Positions 21,933 through 33,649 of a stretch of 45,344 nt of DNA are shown here, in pieces. The stretch covers positions 1 to 45,344 of the forward strand of contig NW_021834713.1 in the NCBI RefSeq assembly GCF_006345805.1, read 5' to 3'. Position 1 is the stretch's first letter, and each line of letters begins with the position of its first letter. This DNA is from Octopus sinensis. Lineage: Eukaryota. The notes under the pieces are model-generated. The model had not been told where the DNA came from. It was given only the letters and a program-made list of their open reading frames with translations, and did no database searches. Made by a program: the position numbers and the translations under genes.

Positions 21933-22890
21933 GGCGGCGAGCTGGCAGAAACGTTACCACGCGGGAGAAATGCTTAGTGATATTTCGTCTGCCGTTACGT
22001 TCTGAGTTCAAATTCCACCGAGGTCGACTTTACCTTTCATCCTTTCAGGGTCGATAAATTAAGTAACAGTTACGCACTGGGGTCGATATAATCGACTTAA
22101 TCCGTTTGTTTGTCCTTGTTTGTCCCCTGTGTGTATAGCCACTTGTGGGCAGTCAAGAAATAGGTATTTCGTCTGCTTTTTACGTTCTGAGTTCAAATTC
22201 CGCCGAGGTCGACTTTGCCTTTCATCCTTTCGGGGTCGATAAATTAAGTAACAGTTACGCACTGGGGTCGATATAATCGACTTAATCCGTTTGTTTGTCC
22301 TTGTTTGTCCCCTGTGTGTATAGCCACTTGTGGGCAGTCAAGAAATAGGTATTTCGTCTGCCGCTACGTTCTGAGTTCAAATTCCGCCGAGGTCGACTTT
22401 GCCTTTCATCCTTTCGGGGTCGATAAATTAAGTAACAGTTACGCACTGGGGTCGATATAATCGACTTAATCCGTTTGTCTGTCCTTGTTTGTCCCCTGTG
22501 TGTATAGCCCCCTGTGGGCAGTCAAGAAATAGGTATTTCGTCTGCTTTTTACGTTCTGAGTTCAAATTCCGCCGAGGTCGACTTTGCCTTTCATCCTTTC
22601 GAGGTCGATTAAATAAGCACCAGTTACGCACTGGGGTCGATATAATCGACTTAATCCGTTTGTCTGTCCTTGTTTGTCCTCTCTGTGTTTAGCCCCTTGT
22701 GGGTAGTAAAGAAATAGGCATTTCTCCCAGCCTTTACATTCTGAGTTCAAATTCCGCCGAGCTTGACTTTGCATTTCATCCTTTCGAAATCGATAAAATA
22801 AGTAACAGTTGATCATTTAGGGTCAATCTAATTGACTAGTCCGTTTCCCCCAAAATTTCAAGTCTTGTGCCTATAATGGAAAGAATTATT
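21933..22890 (+). mobile_element. SINE-B pentameric tandem array
   Basis: One head, junctions at 22163, 22348, 22532 and 22717 (185/184/185 bp); last unit diverged and ends in tail 2. Confidence 0.92.
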
Positions 22891-22919
22891 AAATATATAT
22901 ATTGCAATAATACAACATT

Positions 22920-23101
22920 GGCATTTAACGCCGGGTAAATTCTAATCGAGGGCGTTCCAGCCGTGACAGTCTTGTTTAGAGATGGAATGTAGCTCGGACT
23001 ACAATGTCTAATCTCTCTTTACCGTTTCTCTCTTTCTTTTCTTCTTTGAGGGAGATTTTGCTGCTATTTCTAGCAGTCGAACAACCACGTAGAAGGCTCC
23101 C
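22920..23101 (-). mobile_element. SINE-like family D fragment
   Basis: gctgctatttctagc motif shared with 23685-23987; homologous to 24957-25175. Confidence 0.55.
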
Positions 23102-23569
23102 TTTTTTCAGATAACGACATTCATATGTATTCATGTTTGTAATGAGGTGTGTATGTAGTAGATACATTATCATATTTTTTTCCCATTCAAAGAACATTTC
23201 ACTCATCCCATCTCGTCTCGTCTCGTCTCGTCTTCTTCCATCAATAAAAAACAGTAGCAACAGACAATAAAGCAAGAGAACAAGCATTTAAAGCTTGTAC
23301 AACACCCATGGGTCGGAGTGTTACATTGAAAAAAAAAAAGGGAAAAAAAGAAGATCTACAACGCTTGCTGTGCAGTGTAAGATGTGGCTGAACCTGATTT
23401 TTATGACAGTAGCGGAATATCGGAGAATAAGAAAACAACGAGGGTGGCGGTAACAGGTTGCATTTTAATGTCAATATGGATAGGAATAATAGAGGAGGTA
23501 GCAGTAGTAATCGGGATTTGCAACGTTTTTATTCAATCATGACATTCTCAACTCTATGAATTGCCAGAT

Positions 23570-23576
23570 GAGTAGC

Positions 23577-23608
<32 letters not shown>

Positions 23609-23988
23609 CAGTAATAGTAGCAGTTGTAGTGTCTGTGGTAGTGGGAGGAGGGGGGGGAAGGTTGAATATGGAGTTTGTTATTGTTGTTGTCGTTGTTGTT
23701 GCTTAGCTCTGGGTCAAATCCTGATCCAGCCCGAAAATCAAAGGCCTTCTCGTCAACGACCAAATCCTATCGTTTTTTTTTTTAAGGTCGTGTGGGAGGT
23801 GGGGGTGGGGGTGGGGGAGGACTACATTGTCTTGGAATGTTCGTTTGTTCTCTTCTTTCTTTTAAGATGGTATGGATGATGTGTGTGTGTGTGGGTGTGT
23901 GTGGGTGGGTGGGTGGGTGGGTGTGTTGTGTGAGTCGACGGCGGTTTGGCTGCTATTTCTAGCGGGTCAGTGACCAGGTAGAAGATTC

Positions 23989-24024
<36 letters not shown>

Positions 24025-24075
24025 ATGGTGGTGGTGGTGGCTATGGCGGCGGCGGAAGCAGCAGCAGCAGTAGTT

Positions 24076-24128
<53 letters not shown>

Positions 24129-24555
24129 TGCGGCGGTGGCAGTAGTGGTCGACAATCCAATGTTGCCATTCTTTGTCAAAAATTCTATTTTAGCAGCGAA
24201 ATCCTTCGGGTCCACTGTCTTTCCTTCTTCTTCTTCTTCTTCTTCTTCTTCTTCTTCTTCTTCTTCTTCTTCTTCTTCTTCTTCTTCTTCTTCTTCTTCT
24301 CTCCTTCTACTACTGCTACTACTTTTCTTCATTTGTTTCTCTTTCTTCCTTTACTCCTCCTCTTCCTCCACCTCTTTCATTCTCTCCTCCTCCTTCTTCA
24401 TATTCTTCCTAATCCTCCTCCTCCTCCTCCTTCTCCTTCTTCCATCTCCTCCTTCTCCTTCTCCTGCTTCTCCTTCTTCATCCACATCCTCCCCCCTTCC
24501 CTCCTCTTCTTCCCTCTCCTCTTTCTCCCTCTCCTTTTTCTTCTTCTTTTTCTTC

Positions 24556-24592
<37 letters not shown>

Positions 24593-24853
24593 GTAACAAC
24601 AGCAACAGCAACAGATGGCACGAATTTGGTAATTGTTATGAATGAAAATATGCAAATATATGCTAATTTGTCCAAAAGGCGTGTATTCCAGAATGTAAAT
24701 GTGAATTAGAATTTTAAAATATGCAAATACATGAATATAAATATTTACAACTTTATTATTATTTATGGATACATAAATAACAACATCACCAGCAGCAACA
24801 ACAACAACAGCAGCAATAACAACAACAACAGTAGCAACAACAATAATAATAAT
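23570..24853. repeat. Cluster of trinucleotide and low-complexity repeats (AGT, TTG, TTC, TCC, ATC, AAC)
   Basis: Direct reading; includes a family D copy at about 23685-23987 (minus). Confidence 0.9.
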
Positions 24854-24956
24854 TCTTTGGAATTCAGAAAATTTACTAATAAAATTTTATAATCCTGCTT
24901 TGTTTACAATAAATAATGACACCTAGTCAACGAGAGAGAGAGAGAGAGAGAGAGAA

Positions 24957-25175
24957 CTGGTCGCGTGATTTGCTAAAAATATCAACCAAATCTCCCTTAA
25001 ATTATTGATCACTTTGTTTCAAATAAAGAACGAACACCATTATTGTAACTTAGTCGTAAGGCCACTCCGAAAGACGTGATGGTTATGGCTGGAACGTATT
25101 TAAACAATAAGATCTGCCCGATCAACGTTCACTTAGGGCTAAGCACCACCAACAACAACAACAACAAGAACAACA
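24957..25175 (+). mobile_element. SINE-like family D copy with (AAC)n tail
   Basis: tgcta..ccaaatctccct..ggttatggctggaa..agggctaa(g)c then (aac)n. Confidence 0.55.
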
Positions 25176-25354
25176 AGTAGTGGCCTTAATTAGTACTGAT
25201 TGGAATTCATTTTTAGAAACTAATAAAAAATGGATAATTCTTTAAATAGAAAAGCGCGTAGCAACTCTGTTCGAGTGATATATTTAGTAGCGTGTAATAA
25301 ACTTTTTATGAGTTCACACGGACGCACATACATCTGCGCACACGCACGTTCATA

Positions 25355-25360
25355 CGTATG

Positions 25361-25394
<34 letters not shown>

Positions 25395-26247
25395 TGTATG
25401 TATGTATGTATGTATGTATGTTTGTGTGTATGTATGTATGTATGCATGTATGTATGTATGCATGTATGTATTATGTAGGTATATATGTATATGTATGTAT
25501 GTATGTATGTATATATGTATGTATGCATGCATGTATGTATGCATTATGTATTATATATGTATGTATTATTATGTATGTATGTATTATGTATGTATGTATG
25601 TGTGTGTATGTACGTACGTATGTATGTATGTACGTACGTACGTATGTATGTACGTACGTATGTATGTATGTATGTATGTATGTATGTATGTATGTATTAT
25701 GTATGCATGTATGTATGCATGTATGTATGTATGTATGTATGTATGTATGTATGTATATATATGTATGTATGTATGCATGTATGTATGCATGTATGTATTA
25801 TGTATGTATGTATGTATGTATGTATGTATGTATGTATGAGGTATGTATATATATATATGTATGTATGTATGCATGTATGTATTATGTATGTATGTATGTA
25901 TGTATGCATGCATGCATGTATGTATGTATGTATGTATGTATGTATGTATGTATGTATGTATGTATGCATGTATGTATTATGTATGTATGTATGAATGTAT
26001 GTATTATGTATGTATGCATGTATGTATGTATGTATGTATGTATGTATGTATGCATGTATGTATGTATGTATGTACGTATGTATGCATGCATGTATGTATG
26101 CATGTATGTATGCATGTATGTATTATGTATGTATGTATGTGTTATGTATGTACGCATGTACGTATGTACGTACGTACGTATGTATGTATGTACGTGTATG
26201 TATGTAGGTATGTATGTGTATGGTATGTAGGTATGTATGTATGTATG
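25355..26247 (+). repeat. ~890-bp imperfect (TATG)n array
   Basis: Direct reading; source of the spurious MYVC/HTYI ORFs. Confidence 0.97.
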
Positions 26248-26827
26248 TTCTTTTTCACTTTTTAATTTAGAGTAAATTTTGACCGGCCACCGACTTGGTA
26301 GCAAGATTGTAAAGGAAAGCATCTTGCTTTGTCCATCATCCTTTAAATCTTAAAAGTCTTGCAGATTTTTATAGTCCCACATATCGAGATCATATGTAAT
26401 GTATGAATTAAGCGTTTGCGTTCTCTCCCCAAGATCCCTACTTCAACCATATTTTGCTCCAATTGGATTGGTATGTGTCCTGTCGCTCCAATAATAATGG
26501 TATGAGGCTGAAAGTGTATCGTGGGTACTGGGTTTGCAAACTCCTTATCAATGGTCCATAGATGGCCTCCTTCTGCTGTATTTTTCTAACTACATTGATG
26601 TCCAAAGAACAGCTGATTTCCAGAACAGATCATATCTTTTGCTTGTGGTCCCATACAATATCTGGCCAGTTGTATCTTAACTTGGTTGTTGTTTTAACTT
26701 TTAAGCTCCACCAAAATTGTTTTGACCCATCGGTTTCAATATAGTCAACTTCATATATAGTTGTTTTCTTTTTTTGTTGTGTTGTTCTAGGCCGTTCTGG
26801 CCACCGTTCTGGCTACGCAGGAACATG

Positions 26828-26828
<1 letters not shown>
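26248..26828 (-). pseudogene. RLE-type LINE 3' fragment flanked on both sides by (CATA)n
   Basis: [66 protein letters not shown]. Confidence 0.8.
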
Positions 26829-26858
<30 letters not shown>

Positions 26859-27047
26859 TGTATGTATGTAGGTAGGTAGGTAGGTAGGTAGGTAGGTAGG
26901 TGGGTAGGTGGGTAGGTAGGTAGGTAGGTAGATGGGTAGGTAGGTAGGTAGGTAGGTAGGTAGGTAGGTAGGTAGGTAGGTAGGTAGGTAGGTAGGTAGG
27001 TGGGTAGGTAGGTAGGTAGGTAGGTAGGTAGGTAGGTAGGTAGGTAG
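26829..27047 (+). repeat. (TATG)n switching to (TAGG)n
   Basis: Direct reading. Confidence 0.95.
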
Positions 27048-27054
27048 GCAGAAA

Positions 27055-27466
27055 GGCGGTGAGATGGCAGAATCGTTAGCACGCTGGGTGAAATGCTTAG
27101 CGGAATTTCGTTTGCCGCTACGTTCTGAGTTCAAATTCCACCGAGACTTTGCCTTTCATCCTTTCGGGGTCGATTAAATAAGTACCAGTTACGCACTGGG
27201 GTCGATATAATCGACTTAATCCGTTTGTCTGTCCTTGTTTGTCCCCTCTATGTTTAGCCCCTTGTGGGTAGTAAAGAAATAGGTATTTCGTCTGCCGCTA
27301 CGTTCTGAGTTCAAATTCCGCTGAGGTTGACTTTGCCTTTCATCCTTTCAGGGTCGACAAATTAAGTACCAGTTACGCACTGGAGTCGATGTAATCGACT
27401 TAATCCGTTTGTCTGTCCTTCTTTGTCCCTTCTATGTTTAGCCCCTTGTGGGCAATAAAAAAATAA
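27055..27466 (+). mobile_element. SINE-B dimer inside (TAGG)n
   Basis: Head plus two tail-1 units, junction at 27282. Confidence 0.9.
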
Positions 27467-27889
27467 GATAGGTAGGTAGGTAGGTATGATTTGTCTTTGA
27501 TTTTTACTTAAATTCTTCTTAAGAGAGTTTAAGCTGGTCGCTAACAAAGTGACAAGACTTTTTGATTGAGTTACGAGAGTTCCCGGTGTGTGTAAATATG
27601 TGGTTGAGTAGGTGTGCTCGCTGAGCTGTATGTATGTATGTATGTATGTATGTATGTATGTATGTATGTATGCATGCATGCATGTATGCATGTATGTATG
27701 TATGTATGCATGTATGTATGTATGCATGTATGTATGTATGTATGCATGTATGTATGCATGTATGTATGTATGTATGTATGTAAGTTATTTTGCATAAATT
27801 AAGTTTGTGTTCTTAACAATATGAGAACAATAACACTGCAAACTGTTACGAATTAAGTAAACCTTATATTTCATTTTTCACGACTTTGA

Positions 27890-28300
27890 GGTGGCGAGCT
27901 AGCAGAATCATTAGCATGCCTTGCGAAATGCGTAGCCGTATTTCGTCTGCCGCTACGTTCTGAGTTCAAATTCCGCCGAGGTCGACTTTGCTTTTCATCC
28001 TTTTGGGGTCGATAAATTAAGTACCTGTTACGCACTGGGGTCGATATAATCGTCTTAATACCTTTGTCTGTCCTTGTTTGTCCCCTCTGTGGGTAGTAAA
28101 GAAATAAGAAACGTTAAGCACGTCCGACAAAATACTTGGCGGAGTTTCTTTCGGCTCTCTGAATCCAAATGTGACTGAGGTTGACTTTGCTTTTCGTCCT
28201 TTCGTAGTCGATAAAATAAGTACCAACTGAGCACTGGAGTCAATGTAATTGACTTAACACTTCCTTCAGTATTCCGGCATTGTGCCAAAATTGGAAACCT
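27890..28300 (+). mobile_element. Young SINE-B (tail 1) followed directly by the remainder of an old SINE-B
   Basis: gaaata is followed by a diverged agaaacgttaagcacg.. head remainder, a body and tail 2. Confidence 0.8.
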
Positions 28301-28499
28301 TTAATTCATCAATGTAGAAATTCAAAAACCAATAATGAAAATAATGATAAAAATAAAATAATACTCTAAAGCGAAGAAGCAGTAAATTTGATGGTTTTTA
28401 TACCTCCTTTTTTTTCGAGAATATCTTCATTTGCTAGTGAACGAGGAGGGGGAAGAGGAGGAGGAGGAGGAGGAGGAGGAGGAGGAGGAGGAAAAGAAG

Positions 28500-29040
28500 G
28501 TACTTATTTAATTGACCCCGAAAGGATGAAAGGCAAAGTCGACCTCGTCGGAATTTGAACTCAGAATGTAGCGGCAGACGAAATACCTATTTCTTTACTA
28601 CCCACAAGGGACTAAACAAAGAAGGACAGACAAACGGATTAAGTCGATTATATCGACCCCAGTGCGTAACTGGTACTTATTTAATCGACCCTGAAAGGAT
28701 GAAAGGCAAAGTCGACTTCGGCGGAATTTAACCTCAGAACGTAGCGGCAGACGAAGGGGCCAAACACAGAGGGAGCAAATAAGGACAGACAGGCGGATTA
28801 AGTCATTTCCCTCGAGTTGACATTGCCTGTCATTCTTTCGGGGCCGATAAAATAAGTACCAGTTGAGCACTAGAGTCTATGCGGCGAATAACCCCTGAAA
28901 ATACGACCTTCTGCCAAAATTTTAAACCGTTATTAGAATGGTGAGGAATTTGCAGAATAGTTTGACCGTAGGACAAGATATTTAGTAGTATTTAATAATG
29001 GCTTTTTACAGAGCCGTTCTAAGTTCAAATGCCGGCGAGA
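28500..29040. mobile_element. Cluster of SINE-B pieces: minus-strand multimer 28500-28806 fused to plus-strand degenerate pieces
   Basis: Canonical junction at about 28586; orientation switch near 28806. Confidence 0.75.
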
Positions 29041-29104
29041 ATACGAAGGATGTGCCGACATGCACCTTTAGTCTTGCATCGCCAGACGTGAAATAACTAT
29101 AACG

Positions 29105-30212
29105 GTATACGAGGACGACTTCACTGCCATAGTGTCGAACAGAAGGTACATAGAAAGGCGACGAGCCAGCAGAAACGTTAGCATGCCGGGCGAAATGCAT
29201 AGCCGTATTTCGTCTGCCATTACGTTCTGAGTTCAAATTCCGCCGAGGTCGACTTTGCCTTTCATCCTTTCAGGGTCGATAAATTAAGTACCAGTTACGC
29301 ACTGGGGTCGATATAATCGACTTAATCGATTTGTCTGTCCTTGTTTGTCCTCTCTGTGTTTAGCCCCTTGTGGGTAGTAAAGAAATAGGTATTTCGTCTG
29401 CCGCTACGTTCTGAGTTCAAATTCCGTCGAGGTCGACTTTGCCTTTCATCCTTTCGGGGTCGATAAATTAAGTACCAGTTACGCACTGGGGTCGATATAA
29501 TCGACTTAATCCGTTTGTCTGTCCTTGTTTGTCCTCTCTGTGTTTAGCCCCAAGTGGGTAGTAAAGAAATAGGTATTTCGTCTGCCGCTACGTTCTGAGT
29601 TCAAATTCCGCCGAGGTCGACTTTGCTTTTCATCCTTTCGGGGTCGATAAATTAAGTACCAGTTATGCACTGGGGTAGATATAATCGACTTAATCCGTTT
29701 GTCTGTCTTGTTTGTCCTCTCTGTGTTTAGTCCCTCGTGGTTAGTAAAGAAATAGGTACATAGACCTGGTCGGTACTGATCTAAAAGAATACGAGGCGGT
29801 GACAGGAACAAAAATTAACCAAGAAAAGTCAGTGAGCCTGCAGCTCAGCACCTGGAGAGGCAGTTCCATGCTATCCAGTAATGTCGTGGGACACTGGGCA
29901 GAGGGACAGGTTAAATTGCTTGGCATTTGGTTTGGTCCAGATCTCCAGGTTGAGAACTGGGAAGAGGTAACGAGCAAGGTGGCCAATCTCACCCAGAAAT
30001 GAGCCGAGAGAATGCTATCATTGAACGGTCGGGCAGAGGTGACGAATGCTTACATCGCCTCTGTCATATATTACCGCATGACCATCATGCCTTACATCAG
30101 TTTACGTTTGACTAGAGTGGAGAACGTACTCTTCTGCTCTCTGTGGAGAGGGCGTGTTCCACTGGTGGGGCGCTCAATTTGCTGTCAGCGCTCGCTGAAT
30201 GGAGGGCTGGGC
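29105..30212 (+). pseudogene. L1/Tx1-clade RT fragment interrupted by a SINE-B trimer
   Basis: YEDDFTAIVS..(insert)..LKEYEAVTGTKINQEKS..KLLGIWFG..LSLNGRAEV..LWRGR..NGGLG. Confidence 0.85.
29155..29753 (+). mobile_element. SINE-B trimer with an 11-bp TSD
   Basis: TSD aggtacataga at 29144-29154 and 29754-29764; junctions at 29388 and 29572. Confidence 0.92.
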
Positions 30213-30343
30213 TCCTTAGATTTTCTTTTCATCTTTCTGGGCCCCCATTTCAAGTTACTGCCCAGTAATTTGAGATCAATTGCAAATTACCCTCGGGCGT
30301 GATCTGAACCTAATTTCAAATTACCCTTGCACTTTTCACATTA

Positions 30344-30400
<57 letters not shown>

Positions 30401-31119
30401 TTCTCTAAAATGATGAATTCTAACGCTTAAAACTCATGATACGTTTATAGCATTAAACACGTGTAACATTGTTGCATGTGTTTAATATCATATATCATAT
30501 GCTTTGAGTTGTAAGCAAATTTTAATACATAAACATAGAAGAAAATACTGGATTGTTAAACATCCCCTAACATTTATGCGATGAATTTAAAAAACAGTTT
30601 GATCATCAGAAATTCTGAATGTTCAATTTTTTAAAATCAAGACCTTAATGAGAAACTGATTTGGATTAGAAGAGTTACAGCTTTATTCTTTTTTCTTTAT
30701 TCTTTTTTTTTATAATAAATATGTTTCTTTTGTGTTTGAAGTGTGTAAATGTGTATTTTGCTTGCATTTAAAATCATTAGTTTGTTTTCTTTTCTGATAA
30801 TTTAAAACTGTTATTTCAGTTCGAATTTATTAAAAATAAAATGAAATTGCAAATATATTTATACATCTTCAAATGTGATCGAAATATATATTATGCAAAA
30901 CAAAATATGTACATATGTAGGTGTTTTAAACGGAAACAAAAGATATTTATATACAAAGTAATATTTATATATTAATACACTTTAAACGCAGTACAAAGCG
31001 AACTATATTTATACATTTTAAATGGAAACGGAATTTATTTATGTACGAAATGAAATATAATTAAATACTTTATTGGTGGTTATTTTGAGTTACAGAAAAA
31101 AAATTTATGACAGTGACAA

Positions 31120-31340
31120 TCCGTTCTACCATAGGCATAAAGCCTGAAATTTTGTGGGAGGGGCCAGCCGATTACATCGATCCCAGTGCGTAACTGGTAC
31201 TTATTTAATCGACCCCGAATGGATGAAAGGCAAAGTCGACCTCCGCGGAATTTGAACTCAGAACGTAGCGGTAGACGAAATACCTATTTCTTTACTACCC
31301 ACAAGAGGCTAAACACAGAGGGAACAAACAAGGACAGACA

Positions 31341-31342
<2 letters not shown>
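31120..31342 (-). mobile_element. 5'-truncated SINE-B: tail 1 / junction / body / tail 2
   Basis: Canonical junction at about 31283. Confidence 0.85.
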
Positions 31343-31400
<58 letters not shown>

Positions 31401-31809
31401 TATAATAATAATAATTTTCTTTTTAAAAGTTTTGCTGTGGTTTAAAAAGAAAAGAAAAATTGCACAAGAAAAAGAAACAGAAATTCAGAAATTCAAAAAT
31501 CCAGCAAGGTGAACATCTCTTCCTCCTACTATTCCTAAAGACTGGAATATCTACGATTTCCTGTGAATAATTTAAATCTCCCTCAAAATAAAATAAATTA
31601 GGAAACTTACATACCTACAACTTTCGAACACACAAACGATCAGCTTAAATACCTTTAATATCTACAACTACTGTGTGAATACTTATCCTTTCTTCTCTGC
31701 CTGAGCATTCGAAAATGTAAGCATCCGTTTCATTGCAAAAGTCCTACTGTATTCTCCAACTGGACAGACAAACGAACATCTCAAGAAAACTGAAAATACG
31801 CTACCTCAT

Positions 31810-33594
31810 ATGAGTGACAATGAAAAAAGAAAATGCTGTGAATGACGGTGGTAATGAAACTGAAGCCAGTGCTGGTGACAGTGTTACAACCGGTTGGCTC
31901 AGAATTTCTGGTTCGGCTCCAGCCTGTCCATATCTAGAAAGGGACCACCATACACGGCGTAGATGGGGCAAGCAAATTAATGCTATGATCATCGAGTGTT
32001 ACTACCTGAGCAGCCCGGTAGATGAAAATGGTGCTCAAATTAGGGTTACCAACAACATATGTATCATTATTGGAGAGAAAAGGGATTGCTTCAACTCACG
32101 GAGCAGAGACTATATGATCAAGCTAGAGCAATAAGAAAACAATGTTGGTTCACAGAAGTAGAGCTCGAAGCTATCAAAAGACGGCTCATGGAAAATAGCA
32201 ACAGAGATAACAATGAAAATACAGTTGTTACTAATAAGACTAATCCCATAGCACAGGAAAGGAGCAGTGGTAGTTTACTTGATGAGAGACATATAGATGA
32301 TCGGAAAGAAGACAATAAAACCAATGGCGACATCACAGATGAACAAAAGGCAATCTACGACAGAATAAAGGCAAGACTACAGGAGAACGACAGCGACATT
32401 ATTTTGCAACCTTAAAAAGTTGATCGATGGAAATTGAACCATGAAACGAAAAATGTCAATGAAATTCTGAAATACATCAGAACAAACAACATCACAGAAA
32501 CAGATAATTTGATCAAGTAATGTTGTAGCAGAAAAGGTCGATGTTGATGTCAAGAAAAAGAAATATAATGGGAATGACAAAAGAAAAGATCCATGGCGGA
32601 AAAGAAGAATCCAGGCAGGGTTAGACATGCTCTCGAAAGAAATCTCTGTGTTAGACCGAAAAGAGAAAGGGGAGCTTAAAAGCGAACAAAAAAAGTACAG
32701 GGCGCTGAATAGGAAGTATAATATTGAAAGAAAGGGCTTGAAAGTAGTAATGGAGGAACTGAAACAGCGCCTCGTTGCAAAGAAAGCAAAGATGGTAAGA
32801 TACGACCAAAGAATGAAGGGTTACCACGAGAATAGGTTATTCAGAGTAAATCAAAAGAGATTCTATAAAGAAATAAATGGAGAGTGTACAGATGAAAAGT
32901 TGATACCAGATAACATTGAAAGTCAAAGGTTTTGGAGTGACATCTGAAGCAAAGACAAGGAGCACAAGAAGGATGCTGAATGGTTGCAAGAACTGAAACA
33001 AACAGTAATCTGTCCAAAACAGACAGAACTAGTCATTTCAGTTGGGGAAGTGAAGGAAATCAGCAAAAAAATAAGCAACTGGAAAGCCCAGGGACCAGAT
33101 GGAGTTCAAGACTACTGGATCAAAAGATTTGGTGAATACCATGCACGAATAGCTGTGCAACTCAACACCTTGTTAAATGCCGACCAAGTAACACCAGAGT
33201 GGTTGATATTGGGTAGGACAGTGCTGTGCCTGAAAAACATCGAAAAAGCAATTACTGGCCGATATCCTGTTTGCCACTTATGTGGAAGTTATTGACTGGA
33301 AAAAAATGGAGTCTTGCCACATGAGTAAAAGGGCTGCAAGCTTAAGTGCAGAGGTACCAAGGACCAACTCCTGATAGACAAACCTATACTTTAGAGACTG
33401 CAAGAGGAGGAAAAGTAACTTAGCCATGTCATGGATCCCACATTCTTCGATTATGGAGTGTATGAACCTATTTGGTATTGCATCGAATGTTGAGCGATTG
33501 CTTGGGAAAAGTATGGCGAATTGGAGGACGTACCTGACAGCATACGGAAGAAGTTTAGGGACAGTAGAAATTAGGAGGGGCATCTTCCACGGCC
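31810..33594 (+). pseudogene. R4/Dong-like LINE ORF, N-terminus to mid-RT, frameshifted
   Basis: IIECYYLSSP..TEQRLYDQARAIRK..NRLFRVNQKRFYKEI..NWKAQGPDGVQDYWIK..GTKDQLLIDK..EIRRGIFHG; (AAT)n upstream at 31341-31414. Confidence 0.9.
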
Positions 33595-33649
33595 ACATTG
33601 GCACGTACGGAAAATATAGTTGGTACCTGTCAGACAGTAGGAAATGTTG

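Noticed and set aside
22163-22347. Canonical hammerhead retrozyme in the SINE-B unit
   Set aside because: No CUGANGA core on either strand of the unit; only the tandem architecture is similar.
21933-22890. CRISPR-like regular array
   Set aside because: Whole 184-185 bp units repeat with no unique spacers; no cas genes; eukaryotic SINE context.
23967-24675. Possible low-complexity exon (poly-E, GKTVDPKDFAAKIEFLTKNG, poly-T)
   Set aside because: Only ~25 unique residues between trinucleotide repeats, frames do not join, and there is no recognisable domain or convincing splice sites.
25220-26322. Long ORFs (up to 290 aa) of MYVC/HTYI repeats; similar YI, SL, poly-I/S/V/E ORFs elsewhere
   Set aside because: These are translations of stop-free microsatellites with no protein features.
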